DNA of 64,000 nt, taken from Felis catus. Taxonomy: Eukaryota. Under the pieces are notes generated by a model. It was not told the DNA's origin. It worked only from the letters and a program-made list of their open reading frames with translations, and did not search any database. Numbering within the stretch: the stretch's first letter is position 1; every line of letters begins with the position of its first letter. The stretch is from NCBI RefSeq assembly GCF_018350175.1, contig NC_058373.1, positions 113,276,001 through 113,340,000 on the forward strand. The letters run 5' to 3'. This document shows, piece after piece, positions 41,905 through 54,145 of the stretch. Made by a program: the position numbers and the translations under genes.

Positions 41905-42947
41905 TAAGCCAAATGAGCCCCTCCTGGGAGACCTCCAGGCTTCCGGGTTTTGGTGATGGGGAGAGAGCCCCCTGGCTGGTGCCTTACTGTCCCCCAGCCT
42001 GTTGGGTTTGGAGTCCAAGGTGCTCCCCCAAGGCAGCATTTTTGTGGCATCCTAAAACATACCCGTACAGGCAGAGAGAAGTTGTTTGTGCCCTTGTCTC
42101 CACACCGCTCCTGCCCTTGAAGGGCTGTGCAGTGTCCAGGGGAAAAGCTGCTTCTCAGCGTGGTGTAGGAAGGATAGGGAGGCACTTGTCAGCAGCAGCT
42201 CCAACCGGGGCTGCTGCCAGTCACACAATCCACACACGGAGGTGGGTAGCTGTACACCTAGGTCCGCTGGATGTGGTGCTGTTCCCTGGCCCCTCAATCT
42301 TTCCATCTGCCAGGGCCTGCACTTACTGGTTCAAGCAAATTGTAAGCAGGTAGATCTATATGGTACCTCTACAAGTAAAGGACCCTTGAATGGGATTTCA
42401 GACCTATCTTGTCTGGGATTAGCAGACAAGATGTGAAGTGTTTGTGGGAACGTATTGTAGCATTGATGAGTAGGAGTGTTTTGGTTCTGTGTCTGCTCTT
42501 TTTATGGCAATAGGACAAAGGCTTCTGTAGTCTTTTATTTACCATTGCCTGGAAAAACTATGCCACGTCTTGTTTATAAATGTCAGGGGGTCTGTTTGGC
42601 TTCGTTACACAGTAGGCCTCTGGGTATACTTCAAGAGAATAGCTGTCGGCGGAATGGAAACAGAGCTGGTAATATGAGGCCATGGTTTTTGACTGATGCC
42701 TACCTGGCCTCTGGGAAAGCCCCCTCAGGTGTTAAGGCCAATGGGGGTAGCCTTCCATGCTTTGCTGCTCACGCCATGCCCAGGGCCCTACCTCTGTCTG
42801 TGAGACCCCTCTGGTCCCAGGCACGTGAAGCCTGCAAGTCAGCCTCCTAATGGAGGACAGTCACTCGATGCTGCCCTGCTGCCCTGCTGCCCTGCCTGGG
42901 TCCTGCCCCAAATTGGTCCTTGTTCTCTTCATCAGGGGCTTTTCTGA

Positions 42948-43076
<129 letters not shown>

Positions 43077-43759
43077 TGAACACCGCCTGAGGGTGGGGCC
43101 GAGACTGAGGGCTGCCACTGGGGCGCCACTTGCCACTCCCCCAGCTGGATGGCCTGTGCCGGACAGGCAGTGGATCCACAGATAGAACACTGTGTAGTGG
43201 TTATTAGTTGGGGCCCCAACTAATGAGGCCAACTAATGAGGCTCTGCTGATCCTCTTGGAGAACCTGGACAGCTCAGGCTCTCAGTCCCTGTACCGCACG
43301 TATATACACACACATGCGCACGCGCGCATACTCCTGCCAAGGAAACAGACCAACCTTGTGGGATGGCTGCATGTGTTACATTAGGAGAGTGAAACTTTGT
43401 ATGAGCACTATTTAAGGCTAAAGGATAAATAGCTCCTATAACAATTCCAGGAAATATAGAAGTAGATACCAGGATTTTTTTTTTTATCCATCTGAATAAG
43501 AACATCCCATCCCAGGTATGTCTCTAGGCAAATAATTTCCATTAGTCTCTTGGAATCTTTAACTCATCCAGTTCCCTAATAAGCTCTGGTTCCAGGGAGC
43601 AGATCCCCTCCCCTGATCCAGTAGCGTGGTGGTGTATTCAGGTGTAACATGTGCCACTGTTGCTGAGATCTAATGGCCCTGTATCTGCCCTGTGTCATGT
43701 TTAGTTAAGTTTTTCTGGAGGCAATAGAAATAGGCTCACAGATGGTATAAAGAGAGTAG

Positions 43760-44068
<309 letters not shown>

Positions 44069-44569
44069 TAAAACAGGAGACTGCAGACCCTGTGGTGCCT
44101 GAGGGGAGGGTGGCCTCGCTGTCCCTGGCTGTGGAGGGAAGCTGACTCCTTACCCAGCAGAGCCCTTCGCTGCAGATACAGGTTACGGACAGAACACTGG
44201 ACGTGGAATCCAAAGATTTGCCTTTGAGTGCTACCCGCCTTCCCACTGTGAGATTTTGGCCAGGTCACTGCAGTGGTCTGTGCTTTAGTTTCCTTGCCTG
44301 TGTACAGTAAACAAAAATGCGTCATTGCATTTCCTTCAGTATGCTACTGAAATGATGTATATCACATAATGGATGTGGCAAAATTTGTACTTACAACTGT
44401 AAAGCATTGTAAGTAGAATTAGGAAGGGGAACACGCATTCAGACTTCGACCCGTGTCCTTATTACCTTGAGGAGGCTATCTGGCCAAAGGTATCTGGGAT
44501 GCCCTCCTGGTTCCCATGAGAAAGGGTCTGAATCTACATGGTGGAGAGGAAGGAGCAATAATAACAGTT

Positions 44570-44790
44570 GATCTTTATAATAATAAGCATTTACCCAGTA
44601 CTCTATAGAGGGTCCTCTGCTGAACAGTTTATATGTATTATCCCTGTTAGTTCTTAATTCCACTTAATAGATGAAGAAATTGAAGCCCAGAGAGTTTAAG
44701 CAGCTTGCTCAAAGTTACAAAGCTGGCAGATGGCAGAGCTGGGATTTGAGTGAGGTGTCTGATTCAAAGGCTTGGAACACTGCAATATTC
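44570..44790 (-). mobile_element. MIR
   Basis: agatgaagaaattgaagcccagagagtttaagcagcttgctcaaagttaca...ggcagagctgggatttga. Confidence 0.75.
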
Positions 44791-45139
44791 TAGGAGCTAT
44801 AGCATCTTCAGTTCTGGATCTCATATTTTTGGATTAGAAGCCAGAATATCCATAGTTTTCCTTTGCCGCTAATTGTTGTCTTTGGATAAGGCACTTAACC
44901 TCGGCTGCCAAAGGCAAGTGGATGTAAATAATCATCTAGGACCATAAGGTGATTTCTCTAGCGTGTGTGAAACTTGAGACACAGGGTCTGTTCACAAGAA
45001 GTGTTTTCGCATCCATTCACACCCCACCAATAAAGTAATGAAGTAATGGTTTATTTCACCTCTCCAGCAGCCCCAGCCCCACCCCCACCCCATCCACCTC
45101 TGGATTCTTGACTGCTCACTCCATGTGCTTCCAACACAG

Positions 45140-45282
45140 GTAGAATATGGAGACTTAGAGAGGCCCACCCCACCAGGCCCTGGGAGCACACCCCCTGCCA
45201 AGCTTCAGCATCACCTCCAACAAGTCCTAGACAGGTTCTACCCAAGGCGCTACAGACACGGGGCACCCCCTGAACAGCTGAG
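45140..45282 (+). CDS. PLEKHH1: PLEKHH1 coding exon 24 (VEYGDLERP...FYPRRYRHGAPPEQL)
   Basis: caacacag| ... AG|gtaggc; 143 nt. Confidence 0.93.
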
Positions 45283-45344
45283 GTAGGCTGCAAGGTCTTG
45301 GAGGGGGTTGCTGTGGGGAGGCATGGACTGTGGAGCCGGGTTAG

Positions 45345-45572
<228 letters not shown>

Positions 45573-45811
45573 TGATTACCACACCCTCAGGAACATGCCC
45601 TGAATTTCTCAAGCTACTGCCCATATCTGGTCACTTTTGAGTCAGTCCAGGCTCCAGGGCCCACCTGCACACTAGCAACCACCAGAGGTCACTGTTTCTC
45701 CACCCATTTTTGGCTTTCTCTCAGATTTCCAGGGTCCAGAGCAGAGTTGTGATCACTGCTTTTGGGCCAGGATTATTTCTGGGTGATGTTCATCTTTCCT
45801 TTTTTGACTGC

Positions 45812-45851
45812 TTTTTTTTTTTTTTTTTGAGAATAAGAGCAGGGGAGGAAC

Positions 45852-45892
<41 letters not shown>

Positions 45893-46009
45893 CACAAGCA
45901 GGCTCCATGCCCAACTCAGAGCCCAACACAGGGTTCAATTCCAGGACCATTAGATCATGACCTGAGCCGAAATCAAGAGTTGGATGCTCAACCAACCGAG
46001 CCACCCAAG

Positions 46010-46012
<3 letters not shown>
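45812..46012 (-). mobile_element. Can-SINE followed by a long T tract (~46014-46045)
   Basis: T-tail, (GA)n, gagccacccaagtgcc. Confidence 0.88.
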
Positions 46013-46050
<38 letters not shown>

Positions 46051-46162
46051 CTTTTACAATGCTACCCCTGGGCGGGGTCGGGGAAGGACTAATTCACACA
46101 TAAGGATTCAAACTTGACATAACACCCTCAAGAATGCTTTCATTTTTTAAAAAGTGTAAAAG

Positions 46163-46354
46163 AGGGTGCCTGGGTGGCTCAGTCGGTTAAGCATCCAATT
46201 TCGGCTCTGGTCATGATCTCATGGTTCAGGAGTTCAAACCCTGCATCGGGCTGTCTGGTATCAGTGCAGAGCCTGCTTCAGATCCAGTCTTCCTCTCTCT
46301 CTGCCCCTCCCCTGCTCACACTATCTCTCCCTCTCTCAAAAATAAACATTTTTA
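46163..46354 (+). mobile_element. Can-SINE, TSD aaaagtg(t/c)aaaaga
   Basis: Head, tail and TSD visible. Confidence 0.9.
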
Positions 46355-46607
46355 AAAGTGCAAAAGATAGAACAATATATAACCTAAATGAATACATCTC
46401 TATTGACTTAGCATGGCCAAAGGAGACTCTTAAATTACTCAGGCAGCAGTTAATTTCACTGCATGAAAGGCCAGGTGACCCGTATTAATTTCAACTGGCA
46501 CTTTTCTTCTCCAGGTGTCTGGTGTGCATAAAATTTATTCATATTCAGAGGATCCTCAAAGCTGGATCATGATCCTGTTCACTAACAGTACAGATTAGAC
46601 AGTGGAC

Positions 46608-46900
46608 ATTCACTCATTTATTCAATAAAGAATTGTTAAGCTCCTGCTAGGTCTCAGACACTGCCTAAGATTACAAGAGATGAGCAAATCAGACACAGTC
46701 CTGGCCTTTGTGGGGCTTCCCATCTAGTAAGGAGGTACACATTAATCAGATAATCATATATATTCTCTCTACATACATACGTTATTTTGTAAGCTGTAAC
46801 AAGAGTTCTGAAGGCGTATAGGGGTGTTATAAAGGCATATAATGGGGGACCCTGGGACCCTCTGGGGGGTTGGGAAAAGCTTCTGAAAAGGAGGACATGT
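46608..46900 (-). mobile_element. L2 3' fragment
   Basis: cattcactcatttattcaataaa...agacacagtcctggcc...catctagt. Confidence 0.7.
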
Positions 46901-47473
46901 CCTTCCCTTTCCCCAGCCTTTTGGGTAGGAGAGATAGGAAATCCAGATTGCTCTACTGCAGTCCTGGCAGTGAAAGTTAGTCATTTTAAGAATTGTCCAA
47001 CAGAGAGTTACTTTTCTCACTGGTAGTGCCTAAAGCCCCTCAGATTGCTTGCTTTCCTGTTTCATTTGCAGCCCCTAGGAAATTGGCTGAAGCAAGATGC
47101 ACTTCAGCTGGGAGAGACTGGGTAGAATGCTGTCAGTTTGTGTGAACTAGAAAACAGCCCAGTCCCCATGTTCATGAGAGCGGCCAGGGCTGGCCTTTAT
47201 TGTGCAGCGCAGAGCCTCCCAACAAATGTACTATGGCAGGATGGGCTATAGGTACCCCTCTCCTCTTGGGACGGTAATTAGATAGCTAGAGCCCCAAGGC
47301 TATTTACTTTGGCAGGCTGTGCAAGTACCATCTTTCATGTTTTCCAAGATGTGAAAAAGGTTGGAAATCACTGCCTAGCAGATCCCTGGATGTGCCTTCT
47401 TCCTCAGAAAGCTCTTGTCAGTTCAGCTTCCCTAGCTGTGGACATGTGTGATGAGATTTTCCTGTTTCCCCAG

Positions 47474-47560
47474 CCTGCACAGCTGTCTTCCAAGGAGAAT
47501 GCTCTGGTGTGGATTGCTGTGAATGAGGATGGGGTCAGCATCCTGGACCACAGCACTATG
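47474..47560 (+). CDS. PLEKHH1: PLEKHH1 coding exon 26, FERM F3 (PAQLSSKENALVWIAVNEDGVSILDHSTM)
   Basis: ttccccag| ... ATG|gtatgg; 87 nt. Confidence 0.94.
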
Positions 47561-47849
47561 GTATGGAAAGATGAGGGCTGGCCTTCGGACCCCTCCTTCT
47601 CCTGAACAGCATCTTTTCTTCTCTCTGCACTCAAAGGCCTGAGCTAAGTGAGGCCTCGCCCCAGCCTTGCTGTCCTCTAGTCTAGATACAGCTTATTGAC
47701 ATTCAAGACATGAATCTCCAAATTATGACCACTTCAGAGTTCTCCCTTTCTGGTTAAGGCTACCAGTGCCCACAATAGACAGGGGATGCTGGTTTAGTTC
47801 AGGAGGCAGGTGGAAAATTTCCCTAGAACTAATGGGCTTCTTCTCACAG

Positions 47850-47996
47850 CATGTGCACGTCACTTACCCCTACTCTTCAGTAATGACCTTCGGTGGCTGC
47901 CGGGATGACTTCATGCTTGTGATCAGATCCATTCTGGACCAGAGCTCTGGAAAAGGCCACACTGAGAAGTTGCTCTTCCGGATGGCTGCTCCCAAG
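47850..47996 (+). CDS. PLEKHH1: PLEKHH1 coding exon 27 (HVHVTYPYSSVMTFGGCRDDFMLV...MAAPK)
   Basis: ttctcacag| ... AAG|gtgggt; 147 nt. Confidence 0.94.
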
Positions 47997-48940
47997 GTGG
48001 GTCTGACAGCTGCTAAAACATGTTACTCACATCTACCTAGTATGATGAGGTGGGCTTACAGTTAGGAAAGGATGCCAGGGTTATTATGACCATACTCTAG
48101 AAGGGTCCTGTCCCAGGTACAACTTTTGGCCTTGTCTGTAGTCAGTCCTCCAAGGGTTCAGGTAGCGTGGCATCTCAATAGTCACCGGTGAGCTGATCAG
48201 TGAGGGGTTGGCCGGGAGGGCACACACTCTGGTCCGGCTACGTCCATGCTCTTCACATGGGCCTCTCAGCCCTAGCAGCCCAGCACCATGCAGGCTTGAG
48301 GCGGGGCCCACTTGGTCTTCATGCAGCTGATCCAGGGGCCAGGGCAGCGTCCTCCTCAGTGTGCTGTCACCTTCCCCTGGGCTCTGCCAACACTAGTCAC
48401 AAAGTGGGACAGTCTGTACACACGCCCCCCCCCCTTTGTGGTCTTTAAGACAGTCCCAAAGATCTCTACTGCTTTAAGAGCTTTGTTCCTACTCAGTACA
48501 GGAAATACTGACTAGCAAAAATAACAATTATAAAGGCTCCAAAACCTAAGTTCTGATTAATAGTTCCTGATTCCATTCTGAAAGTCACTGGAGACCCTGT
48601 TGTTTTAATCGTAAAACTGGAGTATCCCAAACCTCCTCCTCTCTTTAATACCACCCCTGCCATAGGAGAGGCTATACAGACACCTTCCTCCAGGAAGGAC
48701 CACTTCCCCACTCGCAGGTAAGCAGAGAATATTGCTCCTCCTGTTCTCAGGAGGGTACTGTGCGCCAGTGGCCCTTCAGACTAACAGGTACTGTGTCACT
48801 GAGCCTCTGAACCTCCCAGATATTTTAAGAGGTAAGAAACTGAAGCCCAGGAAGGTTATACACCTAGTATAACAGCTAGGGAGAAAGCCAGGATTCAGGC
48901 CAAGGCTAGTTCAATTCCTTTGTTTCTGCTGTCTCCTTAG

Positions 48941-49102
48941 ATTGCAGAGGCTACCTTCATCATGGCCAGCTACATGAACCATTGCTCTCCAACTGTGAAC
49001 CCACCTACGAACCCACCTGCTGCCCGCCAGCTACGGGAACTGGACAGACAGCAGTTTTTTGCTTCTGTTCCATGTGCTGCCAGAGGGCCAACGTTGCTGT
49101 GA
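48941..49102 (+). CDS. PLEKHH1: PLEKHH1 coding exon 28 (IAEATFIMASYMNH...ARGPTLL-stop), followed by a ~2 kb 3'UTR
   Basis: tctccttag| acceptor; TGA at 49100-49102. Confidence 0.93.
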   Translation: MAEATFIMASYMNHCSPTVNPPTNPPAARQLRELDRQQFFASVPCAARGPTLL

Positions 49103-50745
49103 ATATTTCTCCTACCCCTTTCCCCCTCCAACCACCTGGTGCCTCTGTGATTAGAGATTGGTGTCCTGGGGTGTGATACTACTGTGATGGGGTCTAACAG
49201 CCCTCCCCCAGCTTGTTCTGGGAAATGTGTTATTTCACTTTCCATGAAGCCTTCATTCTCTAGGTGCCTTATCATGTTTCAGGGCCCAACTTTTAAAAAT
49301 CCAGACCCAGTATGAAAACCACTTTTTTTCCCACAAGAATACTGAGCTCTGGATGCTGCCCGATTCTAGATACAAGATTGGGATGATCCATGTTACTAGT
49401 TACTGAGGGCGTCAGTGCCATAAGTCAGAGCTTTCTGCACTGATACTCTTAGGAAGGATGGTATCTTTTATGTTGTATATGGTCCTTATGTGGGGATTTA
49501 TACTTGAAGTTTTCCCAACATCCCTGAACAAGACAGGACTAAAATTTCCAATTCACCTGAACTGTGACAAAAGCCTAGAACTCACTAAAACTGGACTTCC
49601 CTTTCCAGATGGGAAAGGTATTGGCAGGGCTAGAGGAAAAGGAATAGACTCACCTTTCCCCTTCCCACTGCAAATGAGTAGGCATCTGCAGTGCCCCTCT
49701 GGGGCAAGAGTTCCTATCTTTGCAGGACAAGGAAAAGGCACTATCCCTGCTGAGATTCAAGCTGTTCTCCCTCACACTGGACTGTGAGCCCAACTGGGTG
49801 CAAGCAAGGTCAGGGCGTTAAGTCCAATCTGACCTCTCCCTGTCTCATTTTAATGACTGGCCAGGGCTCAGCAAAGGCTATGCTTCCTGCTGTAGGATGG
49901 GGTGGTCACCAGTGGTTTCCTTGCTCTTTGAAAAACCCAAGCAAATGCACTCTGTTTTTTGCTGTTTTGTGAGGCGATCATAGATGAGTCAGAAACAGAA
50001 TCCAGGCTCATGGGCCTGAATTTGCTCCTCAGGACTCAATGGCAAACTTCTGCTGGGAATTAGTCCAAGGGCAGAAGGTACACAGGTGATACCTGTCCTA
50101 GCCTGAGAGCACCCTGGTGATATAAATATCTCCCCATCTGCAACTGAGGCCTTCTGTTGAGTGCAGAGGAGATGATCTTTGCCTCCACCCTCCCCTAACA
50201 GAAAACAGAAAGACGAAAGAGTTCATTTATACTCTGATTCTCTGCCATTGGAGAAGCTGAGCTTTATTTCATAGCTCTAAGGCAGTCTCACCATTTATCA
50301 ATCAAGGGCTGAAAACTGTGTGGCTTGAGCAGGAGCATCCAGGAACCAAGCCTTTGACTTCCACAAAGTGTGTGTGTGTTGCACACTGCAAAACCTTCAA
50401 GGTTGGAACTAGTTCATCTGAACACCTCAGCTGCTATAAGCTTCCCCCCTCTCACCCTTTAAACTGACAAACATGATTAAAAAAAAAAAGCACACTAGAG
50501 CATCTGTCTTTTAAACTTGACTTTGCAAGGCTGGCAATTTACAGCCATCTCCCGTTTCTGTTGCTGCCTTTCCCCCAGGATATGAGATCTAGCTGAGACA
50601 TTTCTACCTCGAACAATTCAAACATCACATGTACCACAGTCTCCTGAATAACCCCTCCTGAGCTGATGTAAAAGGAATTACAGCTCTAGTTTTATAATAT
50701 CCTGAGTATCTCTAACGCCCATGAGGATAATATTATCTACCTGGG

Positions 50746-50749
<4 letters not shown>

Positions 50750-50776
<27 letters not shown>
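50750..50776 (+). repeat. Genomic A27 tract in the PLEKHH1 3'UTR
   Basis: Seen directly. Confidence 0.95.
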
Positions 50777-50781
<5 letters not shown>

Positions 50782-51087
50782 CTAAGGAAAAAGCAAGCAA
50801 GAATGGAGCTGCGTTCACACTGAACTTGGGGGTCAAGCTGTTTCCCCCACCCTAGCTCCTTCCCAGCCTTTCAGGAATCTTCCCATAGATACTGCCTTAT
50901 AATCAAAAGCTTCTGCAGTTTGTGTGTTTATCCTTCTTTAACCTGTCTGGAAACCAAAGTCGAATTTCTGTCTGGTCTTTTGTCCCATCCCTCTTGGCAG
51001 AAGAAGTGTTTGAAACCATAGACAATGCTGAGTAACAAGAGTATTAATGTGCTTGACATCCAAGACTGAAATGCCATGTTCAATGTC

Positions 51088-51093
51088 AATAAA
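51088..51093 (+). terminator. Predicted PLEKHH1 polyadenylation signal
   Basis: AATAAA followed ~25 nt later by a GU/U-rich tract (ttattgtgtatgttttgg). Confidence 0.65.
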
Positions 51094-51147
51094 AAGCAAC
51101 TGTCTGTGAACCAGGCAATTATTGTGTATGTTTTGGAAGGAGATAGG

Positions 51148-51153
51148 TTTATT
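51148..51153 (-). terminator. Predicted PIGH polyadenylation signal
   Basis: tttatt on + is AATAAA on -; UGUA (tgtaca 51178-51183) upstream and a U-rich tract downstream on the minus strand. Confidence 0.6.
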
Positions 51154-51698
51154 AAGAGAGTCATCATAAATTAACCCTGTACAGAACAAAGGAGCTGGGT
51201 GAACAGAGACTAGTCTTTTGTAGGACATTTCTTCCTACTCACCAGTACCTGAACGGCTTGACTTTTTTTTTTCTTAACTTTTATACAGGGGTACTATGTA
51301 GTTGGAAATTATGTTTCCTAAGATAGCTGATGTCAGTTTCCCATGGTCTTGCTCCAGAAATTCTACAAAAAGTAAACCTGAATGTGTTTAGGAATTTCAC
51401 CAAGTGCTCTTTGTTAACATTACTTTTGACATGTCTTTTCTTAAGGTCTCCCCCTAGTTGGTAAAGTAGGCAAAACCTTACAAGCGGATCACTACAATAC
51501 ACAGAAGGACTTTGCTCAACATCACACAATGAGTTAGGTTTCCAGTCACCTGCTCTATGGCTCTGAGATCCACTGCATCCATACTGGTTCCTAGGACTGT
51601 GTCCACCCGATGGTTTAGAATACAGAAAATAAACCAGCCACTATGGCTTAGGAGTCATCTCCCATGGAAGACAATACTGGCCTTCTGAATGCTGGGAC

Positions 51699-51791
51699 TC
51701 ATGGACTTGCTGATGTGGCTTTCTGGTGCGCCAGGACCTCCTGGCAGCTCCTGTACACTTCAATCAAGCAGTCCAGGCGGGGCTTGGCACT
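51699..51791 (-). CDS. PIGH: PIGH coding exon 4 (SAKPRLDCLIEVYRSCQEVLAHQKATSASP-stop)
   Basis: ggaattcag| acceptor; TGA 51701-51699; total 60+70+28+30 = 188 aa. Confidence 0.95.
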   Translation of the reverse strand, partial: SAKPRLDCLIEVYRSCQEVLAHQKATSASP

Positions 51792-52034
51792 CTGAATTCC
51801 AAAGGGGAGAAATGCAGAGTCAAGATGAACGTAAGAGCGCGTACTGGTGCTGCATCCATGTGCAACCTCAATCTCCCAGCACATCAGGGGTCTAAAAGGC
51901 TCAGGTGTGAGCCCAGAGAAGCAGAAGCTCAGGCCAGATGGCACCCTACTGGCTAAGAAAGCAAAAGGAATAACAAGGACAGACCCTCTTGGGAAATTCA
52001 CAGCTGTGAAACAGTCCTCAAGGGCAAGAAAGGC

Positions 52035-52940
52035 AATTTAATATGTAAATATTAAAATATTTTGTACAGTGAAATGCAATACAACCAAAATTAACAGAAA
52101 AGTCACAGAATGGGAAAAATATATGTGGAAAGCGTATTTAATGAAAATTTGTTACCCAAAATATATAAATTGTTACAAATGCATAATCAATATCTAGATT
52201 CTACTTGATTAATAGAGGAGATGGACAGTTTTAAATAAGAGGAAATACTGATAGGTAATACAAGGAAATATGAAAAGTATCTTTGTCATTTAAAGAGCAA
52301 TTTAGTAACTTTAAATTCCTTTACCTACATACTGAAGTAAACAAGTAACTAAATCCACTGTTAGCCAAGACTATGAAAAACAAGTACAAATTCTCAAAGT
52401 ATGGTAAAGTTGTCCAATCTCTGAAGCCAAATCTCAAACTGTAAAAATCTATGACACTGTTCATAAGCTTTAACAAGATAATTCTGAACTGTAACGCAAA
52501 AGAATTTTCACTTAGCAGCCTTAAATTTTTTGTGAAAAAGGGCAGTAAGACAGTTAACTATATACATAAATATTTTATATACTTACAAAGTAATTTACTA
52601 TAATCATGTTTGTATGAGAAAATTTTGTAAGAGCAAGACAAAAAAAAACCTGGAGATGATTTCAAAACCTTGCAGTAGGGTGGCTAAATAAACTTAGTCA
52701 ACATGATAATATAACCATTTAAAATAGTAAGTATAATGGCCTCTGTAGATGCATGAAAATATGTATATTAGATTTAAAAAGCAAGACACAAAAAGTATAC
52801 AGCAGTATGTGTAGATCAATGACATCTATGTAAAAGCATATATTGGCAGCCTAACAGAGTAGATGAATGGTGATTTGTGGGCAGAAATTGCTATATATTT
52901 TTTCTCTAAAATTTGTATAAATTCATAGTATTTCTGAAAG
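52035..52940 (+). mobile_element. Highly decayed L1 3' region in PIGH intron 3
   Basis: A-rich; cacagaatgggaaaaatata...ccaaaatatataaa resembles the L1 ORF2 C-terminal region. Confidence 0.5.
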
Positions 52941-53138
52941 CCTATATCTGCTTCAGAAAGAAACTTTTGAAATAACTAAAATCCTAACTCTCACTAAAAG
53001 TAGCTGTCAAGTGTCCTCAAACGTTCTTGACAACAAAAGTTGACATTCCTACCGAATGTAAGTAGCTATGGATATGCAGAGAGCAGGGAAAGGTAACGGA
53101 TTTTTTGAAGAAACTTTAGACAAGTGTTCTGTGCTCAC

Positions 53139-53222
53139 CTGGAAGACAGGTACTACTTGGGATATCCCATGTGGTTCCACCGGATCCTTCAATAAAATGC
53201 AGAGGTAGTAAATCACCTTCTG
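53139..53222 (-). CDS. PIGH: PIGH coding exon 3 (QKVIYYLCILLKDPVEPHGISQVVPVFQ)
   Basis: ttttcttgcag|CAG ... CAG|gtgagc on minus; 84 nt. Confidence 0.94.
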
Positions 53223-53598
53223 CTGCAAGAAAATAAACCAAATAGCAGAAATCTAAGTGAAACTCATTTTGTTTTCTTTTTCTTCAAGGGAAGGCTAAAA
53301 ACTTTTTTATAAATGGTTATCTCTATGTAGTAGAACACTTGATCACTTTTGAAGTGAGGGAGTATATTCTCATTCTTTAGATGAAAATGACAAAACAGCA
53401 GCAGCAACAACAACCAGAGATGATTTTGAAATCAGGCTAAAAAATAAACTTGAAATGCTGACTCCCTATCTATGAAAACTTATTATATCTCTAAAAATAA
53501 AGGAATGTACCTTTTCAGTATAAATTTCACTTTCAAGGTTTATAGACCTGCTAGCCATAAAGGAAACACTACAATACTGGAACAGAGTCTTCAAGTTT

Positions 53599-53826
53599 TT
53601 TTTGTTTTTCTCTTTTCTTTTTTTTTTTTAACGTTTATTTTTGAGACAGAGAGAGACAGAGCATGAATGGGGGAGGGTCAGAGAGAGGGAGACACAGAAT
53701 CTGAAACAGGTTCCAGGCTCTGAGCTGTCAGCACAGAGCCCGACGCGGGGCTCGAACTCACGGACCGCGAGATCATGACCTGAGCCGAAGTCGGCCGCCC
53801 AACCAACTGAGCCACCCAGGTGCCCC
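53599..53826 (-). mobile_element. Can-SINE with perfect 16-bp TSD cagagtcttcaagttt in PIGH intron 2
   Basis: TSD 53583-53598 / 53827-53842. Confidence 0.95.
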
Positions 53827-53935
53827 CAGAGTCTTCAAGTTTAATTCTGTGACATCAAACACTTTAGGTATTAAGACTCATTTAGATCCAGGCAAAGGCC
53901 ATGGGAGAAACCTGTAATACTACTCAACTACTTAC

Positions 53936-54145
53936 CATGTAAATACCTTCATTGATGATAACATCCTTCACCTTGCCCATCTCAATGAAGGTAGTGCTTT
54001 CTTTGCCTGAAGCATAAGATGAGGTCATCTGGATACCAAGGGAATCTATGATTAACAGGGTCTCCTGATCAATCTTGACAAAATGCAGGTAACCAAGCAG
54101 GCCTAAGAGGGTGATGAAGATGGCAGCAGAGAGGATTATGCTGTT
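53936..54145 (-). CDS. PIGH: PIGH coding exon 2 (NSIILSAAIFITLLGLLGYLHFVKIDQETLLIIDSLGIQMTSSYASGKESTTFIEMGKVKDVIINEGIYM)
   Basis: ctctcttcag| ... ATG|gtaagt on minus; 210 nt; hydrophobic TM segment plus PIG-H core. Confidence 0.95.
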
